NCBI GenBank assembly: GCA_051294375.1
Contig: CM119267.1
Coordinates: 1,879,368 to 1,943,367 of the forward strand
From: Paraspadella gotoi
Lineage: Eukaryota; Animalia; Chaetognatha
Direction: 5' to 3'
DNA length: 64,000 nucleotides
Shown one piece after another: positions 52,901-63,602 of this stretch (position 1 is its first letter; every line of letters starts with the position of its first letter). The notes beneath the pieces were generated by a model. That model was given only the letters and a program-made list of their open reading frames with translations, did not search any database and was not told where the DNA came from. The translations under genes were made by a program, and so were the position numbers.

Positions 52901-53880
52901 CTAGAGCCATTTTCCTCTCATCGTCTTGATGAGTAGAGCAAAATTCCGCCACCCATGCTCTTTCCTGCCCTACATTCTCTAGCTTCTCGTTCAACCTCTT
53001 CTCCCTCCTGCTCTCCTATATCTAATACGTGCTCTCCTCATGTCGTCACAGCCTGCTCTCCTGCTCAAATCTCCTCACTCCGCACACTTCTGTTCTGGAC
53101 CATTCGTCTTCTCTCTCCCCCTGCTCGCTTCTCGGTCGTCTTTTCGAGGCTGACAGTTGAAACTTGACCTCCGTTCATCTTGTCTCGTCCGTCTCTCTCT
53201 TCCTCCTCTTCTTCTCCTCCTCTCTCTCTCTTCCTCTCCTCTCCTCCTCACCTCTCTCCTCTCGCTGTTCGATCTCCTTGTCCCGTACCGGCGGGGTCTG
53301 TTGCACATCGTGACCAAGACGAGTAAGGAAGCTGGCTCCGCCCCTCTGCGGATGCGGATGAAGAACGAGCCCTTGCCTGAGGACGTGTGCGCCCTATGGC
53401 ACAGGGCTCTCCCAGCGTCTAGCTGCTCGCATGAAAACCTCTCGTAACGGTCGGATCGGTCCTCGAGAGATTCTCGGAGGCGATGCGCGAAAGCAGCGTA
53501 GTTGAACGAGGCGAGTGGCGTTATAAGAAGATCGCGCGCCGATCTTCGCGGCAAGCGTCCGCCGATGGCTATGAGGAACAGCCCTGAAGGAGCTCCGCGC
53601 TAGGCCGTCGAAGCGGAAACGTCCAACTCCATATGGAAAATAACATGGCCAGAGCTGGGCTTGTGGGGAAGAGGGCGTCTATGGTGCGGGAACTGTTTGC
53701 TCTCTCCGACGACGATCCTCTTGCTTGGTTCGGACTACCTGACTTTCTCGTTATTCTCTTCCTCGCCAACTCAAGTCGTAAGCTCGGCTCTCCATTCGTT
53801 CGATCCCTCGAGGCTCCTCCGGTTTGCATCGCCGATAAGCGTTCCGAATAAGTGATATCGCCTCCTCTGAAGTAATAGAA
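46908..53880 (-). pseudogene. Protein-primed family B DNA polymerase, copy A (full extent, multi-intron, many indels)
   Basis: N-term KKCVVNVKSRSPICLKLALLA (51640..52122); GLILEVDL (48872..49108); motif B CNSCFG (~48634-48650); VAILDASKLLMADFTY; motif C TD-TDG with indel (~48177-48193); MLDTSVYPLEHP; RAKG (~47205); DDKRFWLS...SLAL (~47030-46985). Extra introns ~48498-48632 and ~47842-47970. Confidence 0.88.
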
Positions 53881-55680
53881 TAATAGTATCTGAAAATGGT
53901 AAAAAAAAAAAATAGTCATTAGAGAAACAATTTAAATTTCTATTCTTTCTTCAGACATTACCTAACGAAGAATTCAATTCTATTTTTGCCCATACTGCAG
54001 AATAAACTCGGCCGAAAGATAGACAATATCTGTTCCGTTAAAAATAACAACGGTGGTTATTAGTTCAGTGTTAGATAGACATCGAGTAACACATATAAGT
54101 CTCAGTCAGAGCGTATAACTCTACGGTTGAACCTCACAAACATTGGAAATAACAACAACTCGAAGAACACCACCACAAAATGAAATCTCCACAAAGTACC
54201 ACTCTTAAGTAGATCTAAATGATCTTCGGACGTCCACTGATTCTTACTCTGAGTCCTAACGTAATTTTTTTAACGTTACATTGATATTTCTACTCGGAAG
54301 GAGCGGAGCGCTCTATCCAGTGAGCGCACGTGCACCATTTCGAGCATACAAGTTTGTAAAAAACGGATAAAGAGATCTCTATCGTTATTTGACTTTTCGT
54401 TTTACCATTAAATCAATTATATGAAGTGGCATAATCATTCAAGAATCTTTATCAAATCAAGCTGATTTGTGATGTTAAATGAGGCTCGAAGCTGCCCATC
54501 AATGTTATCTAGGATGTTGAGTATCACTACTAATGGTACTCTGCACTTACGCAACGTAGAAATACCATATCTCTCAAATCTTTTAATTTTTAGCATTTGA
54601 ATTAAGAACCCTGGCAATATATGCAGGTCAATAGGATCAACAGAAATTTTTTTTCTTTATTGGACAAGTGAGAAACGAAATCGTAGTTATCTCAAATTAT
54701 ACCATCAGTGAAATAATAAATACACTAATAATATATTATATATAATATAAATATATATATGTCGTTTATTTCGAATTCAGTATGATTCAGTACAGTTCAA
54801 GTGAACATCAAGCAATCACTTAGGTCTAGAAAAACATACAAATATGTGACAAAGAACAAAGGATATAATATATGGAGTATTATGATCATCTGTAACCAAA
54901 AAAGAACCATTCTCTTACCTGAGTCCATCGACCCTCCGCTTCCTCTCGCAGTACCACTCCTCGCGCTCCATCCCGACATTCCATACTTCCTCGTCCACGT
55001 CTCCCACTCTCTTTCTTCTTCCCGTAACAAGACAATCCAGAGTCGGTCCTGTTGACCGCCACTTCTTCACATACTGCTCCATCTCCTCTCAGAAGAAATT
55101 GTCGCACGCTCTTCTCTTCGGACACGAGATCTACTCCAGCATGGACAAATCTATGGTTTTCTGCTCCCATTTAGGGCTCTATATGTTAGGTCCTTTCGGA
55201 TGCATACGTTTTCCCGGGTTCCGTTTCAAAAAATGGAGATAGAAGAGAACAGAGAGAGAAGTAGTGGAGCAAAGAGGACGTGCTTGATATATGATAAAAA
55301 TCCTAACTCTGATAGATGCGCGAAGTGCTGCGAGGACTAAAAATTAATGTAGAGGTGAGAGAGTGTGAGAGTGTGTGTGTGCGTATCTGCTCGTAACAGT
55401 GAAGTACAGGAATTTATGCCGATCGACTCTAGTGTCCCGAGATCCTCTCTTTCGTCCCTCCAATTATTTCATAAACGCGTCTGAAAAGATCAGATAGGTT
55501 CTGCGTGCGCGCCCGAATATCTGTAAAGTGATTGTTAGCTTTTTCATCTTCCGCTTTCGCATACTAGCAGTATTGCGATAGCAGAATTCTAACCTAACAG
55601 ATACCAATCGTATCAGGCCGAGAGATTGACAGTTTTTTTATCGACGATATTTATCAACAAAAGAGAGTCGAAGTAAACTA
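49165..55680 (+). repeat. Direct duplication of 59625-64000 (this copy noisier and inflated by junk between ~52.3 and 55.4 kb)
   Basis: Collinear identity from 'ggtaaggccaa' (49167 vs 59625) through PolB exons and introns to 'ataaacgcgtctgaaaagatc' (55471 vs 63828) and 'gtaaactag'. Confidence 0.9.
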
Positions 55681-55797
55681 GATTGATAGTCAGTATGAAG
55701 AATATAGCTTGGATCCAGACCAAAGTTTACATAACCCAAATATTGATTTTATAACAAATATCAAGAGCTTAGATTGTATATGATTAGCCATCTGTTG

Positions 55798-56625
55798 TTA
55801 ACGGAAAACATTGAATAAAGATATAAAGAGATCAAATTTTGAAGGTACCACTTGTAAGATCGGATACAATGATAAAGAATAACCTTGATAAAAACGACAG
55901 CTACAATTCCCTTCGTAGGGATCGGAATAAAAAATATGTGGTGATTTAGTATTACAAAGCTTATTAACTTCTTTCTGCCAGTGTAGATGATATCGACAAA
56001 ATAAGTTTTTATTGTCATCCTTAAAAATATTTTTGTGGGCGATGGAATCGTATCGCCATGACATACCCTCGTCGTTTAAAAGAGTAGAAAGCGAAAGACA
56101 CGCGTCGTATCGATTAAACCATTCGCAAAAATGATGCAATTCTCGGCCAATCGCGCAAAGAATGATAAACATGTCCTTGGGCAGGTGATCGCGGTAATCT
56201 TGCTCCGGAGAAAAAACAAACTGAGTTAATTTCAAACCGGTAAGAACGTCCGGGATGGTAGTAACAGATCTGACGACTTGCTCCATGGAGACGTACAAAA
56301 GTTGAAGGTTCGGTGCCGAAGAGAGACTCATGATTCTCACGATGTCTCGCTTAACTCTGAGCCAGCGCAAAGGAGGGTCGAAACCGTAACGAAGAAACGT
56401 CGCGTTAGCCAGTTCGGTCGAATGATGAAGAGGATAAAAGTTTTCGTGGAAGATTCGATCGGCAGTCGTTAAAGTCTGCAAAAGACGCTTGACTAAAAAG
56501 CCATAGTGCGATTTGTGATAGTTTCGAGGAGGGGGTGAAACTTTAAGACCCGACCCCGGCGTTAAGTACCACTTATCTTTGTCCGAGTCATCTTCGCATA
56601 GTTCATCTTCCATGGAGTCGTTCAT
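55798..56625 (-). CDS. Orphan 275-aa protein with acidic N-terminus and Cys/His-rich C-terminus
   Basis: Clean, non-low-complexity ORF, same strand as PolB, inside the element; no motif recognised. Confidence 0.7.
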   Translation of the reverse strand: MNDSMEDELCEDDSDKDKWYLTPGSGLKVSPPPRNYHKSHYGFLVKRLLQTLTTADRIFHENFYPLHHSTELANATFLRYGFDPPLRWLRVKRDIVRIMSLSSAPNLQLLYVSMEQVVRSVTTIPDVLTGLKLTQFVFSPEQDYRDHLPKDMFIILCAIGRELHHFCEWFNRYDACLSLSTLLNDEGMSWRYDSIAHKNIFKDDNKNLFCRYHLHWQKEVNKLCNTKSPHIFYSDPYEGNCSCRFYQGYSLSLYPILQVVPSKFDLFISLFNVFR

Positions 56626-56796
56626 CTTGTTTAATCAACCTAAACGATTAAGCACCCAGCGCGCGCGCATTGATTATTTAATGAAGCATCGCAGTAAAAA
56701 TGATAACATATTTTTTTTTTAAATTCAATCAACCATCGTTTAGATACATAACTTTTTTTTCATTTTTTCTTCTTATAAAAAAAGAAGAAAAAAGTT

Positions 56797-57720
56797 TTAC
56801 ATGGCCTTGAGAATTTTTTTGACCAACTTAAGCAACCCTCTAAACTCGTCGGCGGATAAAGAAAGCCCGGCCAAATTTGACGTGACGAAAAGAAGCCCGA
56901 GCGCGTTGTCGAAAAAGTAAGGCCTTAAAGCGACATTGGCCTTTGACGTTTCATCCTTTGACTTGTAAACGCTAAGGGATATCCCCAAGCTTTCCGTGAT
57001 GGCGTAGCGAGGCCCGTTGACAATGTCGGCAACATCGCTCAGACTCTCCAGCTTATTCAACTCGTCTTGAATGCGAACCTCATAGAGTTGAACCAAACGC
57101 TCCATCTCGTTCTTGTTGAGAACGACGCGAGTGACCGGCTCAATCGCCCGAGATTTAGACGATAAAGAGTAACCGGTACCCCCGTCAGGAGCAGACGACG
57201 ACCCCGCGCCATTTTGAGAAGGAACGAATCTTTCCTTGTGGACCACGATACCGTTGTTGTCCGAAGCGAGAGTGACCATTACGTAAGTCGAAAGGGTCCA
57301 GTAATCGCTGGGCGTCAACTTGGCGCTGCGATGCATGTCGTCGAGTCCTCCCCCTTCGCGCAAAGTCGGCTGACGAAGGAGAGCCTGCGGTCTAAAAAAA
57401 TATTTTTTTATTTACTTTTCTTTCTCTCTTTCTTTCGTCGGTTGTTTTTACAATTACCTCTTGCAAGGCTTTTTACCACCGCCGCTCGGAGACGCCGAGA
57501 CGTTAAAAGGCCCTGATGATGATGATGATGATGCGTGGGCGCCAATAGCCTCGTCTTCGCCAAATTGCTGATTCGACTGGTGTTCTTCGATGTAAAGGTC
57601 ATCGTCATCGTCATTCATCATATATACTAACTGGCGTCTAATTAAATACATGATAATTTTTTTATTTTTTAAAAAATAAACAAACGAAAAAAACTTACCT
57701 TTTCGCTTTGTCCCGTTCAT
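56797..57720 (-). CDS. Tandem PC4-like ssDNA-binding protein, 3 exons (57720-57699, 57626-57458, 57391-56797)
   Basis: GT-AG introns 57698-57627 and 57457-57392 join MNGTKRK|VYMMNDDDD...KPCK|RPQALL... in frame. C-terminal repeat ISLSVYK...NVALRPYFFD...AGLSLSADEFRGLLKLVKKI resembles PC4 (VDIRxY...GISLxxxQWxxL); an earlier repeat ends in RVVLNKNEMERL. Confidence 0.6.
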
Positions 57721-57754
57721 CTTTGAGCTGTTTGACCTCTCTTCTCAAATCGAT

Positions 57755-58372
57755 CAACTCCTTTTGAGTGTCTCGTAAAACCCCGCAAGGAAGAGAATGG
57801 TAGAATCTTTGTTTTGAATTTCAATTCTAAAAAGATTTATTATATTAATACATAATATAAATAATATATGTATATATATATTACTTGTTTTTATCTAGGA
57901 CTTTGAAGGAGTTTTCAAAACTTCTGGCCCTGGCGTAAGTCGTAAATTTATATTCGTGACAAATTTCACACAAAGTGATAAACTGTATAAAGAAAAAGAT
58001 ATTTTTTACTATTGCAATATCAAAGAGAAAAAAAATATAATTACCGAAATACGGCAAATGGCGCAGGTAGGATTTTTGGTAGAAATAATTTTGTCAAAAC
58101 AAAGAGAACACAATGGTGACCTAATAATTAATTAATTAGTTAATTAGTTAATTAAACAAACGTATAAAAGAAAGTGTCATTATGCTCATTTGTTTTTTTT
58201 ATAATAAAATTACGCGCTCTCATGGACATTTAAAAAACTAAAATAAAAAGATTTATGTTCAAAAAGTTACTTGAACGCAACATATATTTTACTATTTTGT
58301 TTAAATTCCGTGAAACAAATTGGGCAATTTAGAAAAAGAAGAATCTCCGTTAAATTGTGAAAAATCCTCCAT
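57755..58372 (-). CDS. Spliced RING-finger-like protein (not in ORF track)
   Basis: LNCPICFTEF (~58330-58300), H..ES (~58222), PLCSLCFDKIISTKNPTCAICRIS (58120-58045), then FITLCEICHE; introns 58213-58121, 58044-57983, 57884-57827; one homopolymer indel needed near the ATG at 58372. Confidence 0.6.
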
Positions 58373-58891
58373 ATAAAAAAGAAAGAAGAAAAGTTAGAAA
58401 AAAGAAGAATACGATCGACGTAGATCCGAGATTCAAAAGTCATTTTCTTTTATAGGTAAGAACATTGCAAAATATAACCTCACCTAGTTGAATGAGAAAT
58501 GACCAAGTAAATAAAATAATTTTACTAGCTCTCGATAATCTTTTCAGTGTAAATAGGCGAGTAAAAAAAAAATTCTTTTAACTGGCCAAAAAAAATAATC
58601 TCTTATCAATGATTTTTTTAAATTAAAGTCCGGTTTATTTCTAGTTAGGACTTCTTTCTCTTTTTCGTCTTCTTCTCTGTCTCTGTCTCTGTCTCTTCTC
58701 TTTCAAATTTTTATCATATAATGATGAAACACAACCTTTTTTGTAGTGTGTTTTTTCCTGGGGATCGTAAAGGCAGCAAATAGGACCCGAAGACGTGAGT
58801 AATTGTCTTATTTTAAATTTACATACTAAAAAGGAACAGAATAATTAGGTAAAAAACAATGGGCCTGGTGATTTACTGCCGCCGTGGAAAC

Positions 58892-59017
58892 GGCCGTCGT
58901 CGACGACGCCATTGATCACAACGACATCAAGCAGGCCGTCGTCAACGACACCATTAATCACAACGACATCAAGCAGGCCGTCGTCAACGACACCATTAAT
59001 CACAACGACATCAAGCA
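58892..59017 (+). repeat. 42-bp tandem repeat x3 (would encode AVVNDTINHNDIKQ)
   Basis: ggccgtcgtcaacgacaccattaatcacaacgacatcaagca x3. Confidence 0.9.
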
Positions 59018-59125
59018 CCTCGACTAAAAGACCGACAAAAACTACGATTAAATAACGAGTCCAACGACATCAACAACACTACAAACAAAATCACGACAAA
59101 TGATCGACTCGATAAAACAACGACA

Positions 59126-59524
59126 ATGGCAACAGCAACAACAAGTAAAATGAAACAACAACAAACCGAACGAGATAATACAGAAACAAAGATGTCATCA
59201 ACAAAGCCAACAATGACAATAACAACGACCGAGAAAAAAAACACAACGACATGGAGTCACAAACAAACGATGACAATGACGAGGCCAACGACGATGACAA
59301 TGAGACCAACGACGATAACAACGACGATGACAATGACGGAGCAAAGCCCGACAACGACGACCGAGAATAAAACCACAACGACGATGACAATGACGGAGCA
59401 AAGTCCGACAACTACGACCGAGAATAAAACCACAAGTATGATGACAATGACGAGGCCAATGACAACGACGACCGAGAATAAAACCACAACGACAACGACG
59501 ATGACAAATCCAAATACAATGACA
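59126..59524 (+). CDS. Thr-rich mucin-like ORF with 57-bp (19-aa) repeats, truncated by gap
   Basis: TTMTMTEQSPTTTTENKTT repeats; open up to the 100-N gap; could be non-coding minisatellite. Confidence 0.35.
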
Positions 59525-59624
59525 NNNNNNNNNNNNNNNNNNNNNNNNNNNNNNNNNNNNNNNNNNNNNNNNNNNNNNNNNNNNNNNNNNNNNNNNNNNN
59601 NNNNNNNNNNNNNNNNNNNNNNNN
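59525..59624. other. 100-N scaffold gap separating the two PolB copies
   Basis: Exactly 100 N. Confidence 0.98.
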
Positions 59625-62600
59625 GGTAAGGCCAAGCGACTGGCGTAACCGTAACTAAAAGAAAAAATGTGAATAAAAAAATTTTTTTTTTTGCTTTTTT
59701 TTATTCCCATTCCTTCTTACAGATTATTGGCGTCCACGTGAACGATCAAACGCGCCGGAAATTCTGGATCGTCGTCGTTGTAGCCGACTTCGTTCGATGA
59801 ACCGGAAAAATATCGTGAGTTGACGGAAACGAACCCTCCCCTAATAAAAGAAAGAGAGAGATTAGTTAATTATCATGATTTTTTTTTTTGTTCTCACTCT
59901 CTACCTGAGCATGGATTCAAAGGCTAAAAATTCTTGACGAGTTTTAGTAGAAAATAACTCTATTTTCACCCCCGAGAATTGAAGCATGATGTCTTGACTG
60001 AGAGAGAGAGAGAGAATAAAAAGAGGAATAAATAAATAAATAAATAAATATCTCTTTTCTCTATCTTTCCTCACTTAATCGCCGCTCCGCTGACGTAATA
60101 GGCGGGGTTGAGATTGAAGTTTTGTCTGTTCATCGCCCTATAGTTTTCGAATATATCCCCGAGAAATAGAGAATCCAGTTCCTAAAAAAAAAAATAAATA
60201 TATTACACCCTTATTTCACAATGAAATTATATATATATTCTCACGTTGTAAAATAACAGATATTCGCCCAGAGTGTCGAAGCCGAAGGCGTCCCAGATCC
60301 TCAATATCTCCGAGTATTCCTCTTCGGATATCAATCGCTGCCGCATCTCGTCGAAATATTTCTCTCTCGGTGGCGGGCGAGTATCGTTCAACGTCTCGAG
60401 ACTGATGTAATTGAAGGGCATGGTCATCTTGAACGTGATCAGGTCGATCAGACTCTCGCGCGAAAAGGAATCGATGACGTGAGCGTAAGTCATGGGAAAA
60501 ATGATCGCGGGGTGACTCTTGCCTCGACAAAGTTCGCAAGCCTCCCTCTCGACGCCGCCGCAAATGGAACAATGTATCTTGAAGCACTCTTCCGCCCGCG
60601 AATCCACGAGATTTCCCAGGGAGGTTATCAAAAACTTGTAAGAGTCTCGAATGGTCAAGGTAGCGATTTTGTCGAAATCGCAACGAAAAAACCTCAAGCC
60701 TCTTTCGCCGTCATCATCGTCTCCATTGTCGTCGTCGTCGTCATCGTCGTCGCTTTCATCGTCGTCTTCGTCTTCTTCGTCCTCGTCGTCGACCGCGCCT
60801 TCGTTCTCGTCCACTCGATCGGAACAATGATCGCACAAAAGTTGATGTCCAACGTGTGAAAGGCGTTGCCTTGGCCAATACGTTGCGGATGTTTTTGACC
60901 ATCTTGTTGGCTTCCTTCAACGCGCAGGCTTGAAGAATGGAGATTGGCGTCAAACTTTCCGGCGCTGATAAAAAAAAGAAATAAATTGTAAAGACGATCG
61001 AAAGATGAAAACGAATTTGTTTCTTACTTGTGAAAATACATTATCCATTTGCCCGATGATTGGTTTTTTTTTGCGTTACAATCAAGTGTGCCTTTGAAAC
61101 GTATGACCCCGAGCGATGATCGTGATGTCGCGTAACCTTTTCACCCTCCAAGATTCTCTTTTTGCAGAAGAAACAAAATTCGGCCCAGCTCAAAGTCGAT
61201 TCGATCGGCTTCGGTCATCACCATGGGAACGTTCTGTCGCAACAAAGCGCCGATGATGATCGAGTCCAGGGGGCCCGTTGAAGGAAGCAAAGACCGGCGT
61301 CGTCTCCCAGGTATTTTCTCACGGGAAAGTCGTCGAGGGGGGGAAGATTTAATCTTATAGGCGAAGCTGATGGCCGATAACTGGTCCGATATTTCTTCTC
61401 GATCCTTGATCTTTTACAAGGATGATATTTGTTGCAATTTGAGCAACTTTTAGCGTGAAGACTTTGATGAGGAAATCTTATCCAAGACCAATCGGCCTCA
61501 TCGCTCTCATTTCTTATCTCCCTCTCTCTAGGAACCGTGTGAACTGGAAGACATCTCGTCTCAAATCGGCGTAGGCGACAAAGTCAAACTCGGCGTGAAA
61601 AAAATTTTCCTGCGCGTCTAATGCAAAATAGTTCCTTCCGGGGGATAAGTTTCTATTGGGCCGTCGCCGTCTCTCGCCCGCATAACGAGAGTGAAGCGAA
61701 AACGTCGACGACGAAAGCGTGCTAAAGAGACACTTGATGCAAACGAAACGACTTCCGTGCGATTTACCAAACTGCGAAGAAGTTAGTCGAGAAAGGTTGG
61801 TTATGGAAACAAGATGCGTTGAACGTTGTTCTTGTCGATTCTTTTTTTAATTATTAAAAGATTACAAACTTTAATTCCTGAAACGTCGTTTCTTTTAGAG
61901 ACTCTGTACGGATATATTATTCTTCTAATCCTTTTCCACCTTCTTTTTAAAAATTGCATAAACGTTGATGCATAAATCGAGATTGAGTCTCTCGACGTGC
62001 GAAAGGTGTTGGGCGTGGCCGGACAAGGTACTTGTCTAAATTAATTCTTGCTGATATTTTCTGTAATACTTTCTAATTCAGGGTGACTGCGAGGTTTATA
62101 CAGGCATGCCAGAAGAGCCAACTTCAAGCATATGGGGCTGCGCGATTTCACTTTACGACACATTTTTTATGAAGTAACCATTTAGGGGTAGGGAAGTGAT
62201 GACCAAAAAGAGTCGTCTTTCCAGAATTTGGATAAAAACCGCCAAGGTCAAGTCGGCTCGCTCAATTTTTGATAGGAAATGTTGAGCATTTCAACTTGTC
62301 GGATATTTGATTATACAGTTTAGCCAACATGGTCGATAAGATTTTCATGATGCTGTCGCTCTCGTATATCACGACGCTTCTTTGATCGAAAAAGAAAGAA
62401 ATGTAGTTGTCGTCTCTTTCGTTATAAAACTTGACGGAAAAGCATAAATGAATCTTTAAAATCTTTCTCTTTTTCAGTTCTTTCTTTACTATCGGTAAAA
62501 TTTCTTTCTTCAAGTGTCTGGTCTCTATCTCGTATGTTTTGTGCGAGTGACGGGCCCCGTCGTCCAAAGGAACCAATTGAATGTTTACCAATACATTTCT

Positions 62601-63443
62601 CTTAAATTTTTTACATTTCACGTCGAAGCGAGAATACTTTGGTCTTCCATCGTCCTCGTCCTCCGCGTCTATTTCCTGAATTTCATCGTCGTCGTCATCG
62701 TCGTCGTCGTCGTCGACCTTAGACGATGGTCCCGCTCCTACCGACTTCTCCTTTTCCATACTCCACGTCGATCTCTTTCGAGATGGACCAGAGATTTCGT
62801 CCGATCTCTGAGAGCGACCCCCACCCATCATAACGCGAGGAAGCGTCGTCGTCAAATCCACCGACGACTCTGGCGAATCGTTTCCCAGTCGTCGTCGAGG
62901 CGAAAGAAACCAACTCGTCGTCGTCGTCGTCTCTCTCTCCTCCTTCTCCCTCTCCTCTTTCGCTCTTTCCTCTTCCTTCTCTCTTTCGCGTCGATCCTTC
63001 GATGACGTCGTCGTCGGACCGATGGTCGTCAATAGACGCGAAGACGAGTAAGGAGCTGGCCGCTGATGCGATGGAAGCGGCTGAGGAGGCGATGGAGGCG
63101 AGCGCCGATAAAACCTCTCGTAACGGTGGATCGGTCTCGAGAGATTCTCGGAGGCGATGCGCGAAAGCAGCCGTTGACGAGGCGTTAGTCGCGATTGCGG
63201 AGGCGGCGAGCTTGAAACGCGAGAGCTCCGAGGCTCGAAGGGAAACGTCAATCTTGGAACGAACGGCGGTGGTTGGGGAAGAGGGGGTGGGGGAAAGTTT
63301 GTCTCTTCGACGACGTCCTCTTCTGTTCGGCATGATTTCTCGTTGTTCTTTCCTCGCCAACTCAAGTCTAAGGGTCTCGAATCGTCGTCCCGAGGCTCCT
63401 CCGGTTTGCGGCCAAGGTCGAAAAGAAATTGCCTTCTTGACAT
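59625..63443 (-). CDS. Protein-primed PolB, copy B (N-terminal two-thirds, cleaner), with five introns: 61027-60965, 60244-60182, 60074-59998, 59904-59841, 59720-59655
   Basis: Spliced: THLVSITNLSRL; YAD(F)E Exo I; RHHDHRSGSYVSKAH (EndoVII-like); MYFHN|AGKFD Exo II; IRDSYKFLITSLGNLV; TLGEYLLFYN|ELDSLFLGDIFENYR Exo III; AAIN|QDIMLQFSGVKIEL; SMLR|GGFVSV; HVDANNL|YGYA motif A. Confidence 0.92.
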
Positions 63444-63602
63444 ATATGATATATCTGAAATGGTAAAAAAAAAAAGTCATTAGAGAAACAATTTAAAGTT
63501 TTCTATTTTTTCTTCCGACATTAAACCCAACGAATAGAATTCAATTCTATTTGCCAATCTGAATAACGAACGCCGAAAGAACATTGTCCGTTAAAATAAC
63601 AA

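Noticed and set aside
56580-56625. ELCEDD as an Rb-binding LxCxE
   Set aside because: Spacing is L-C-E, not L-x-C-x-E.
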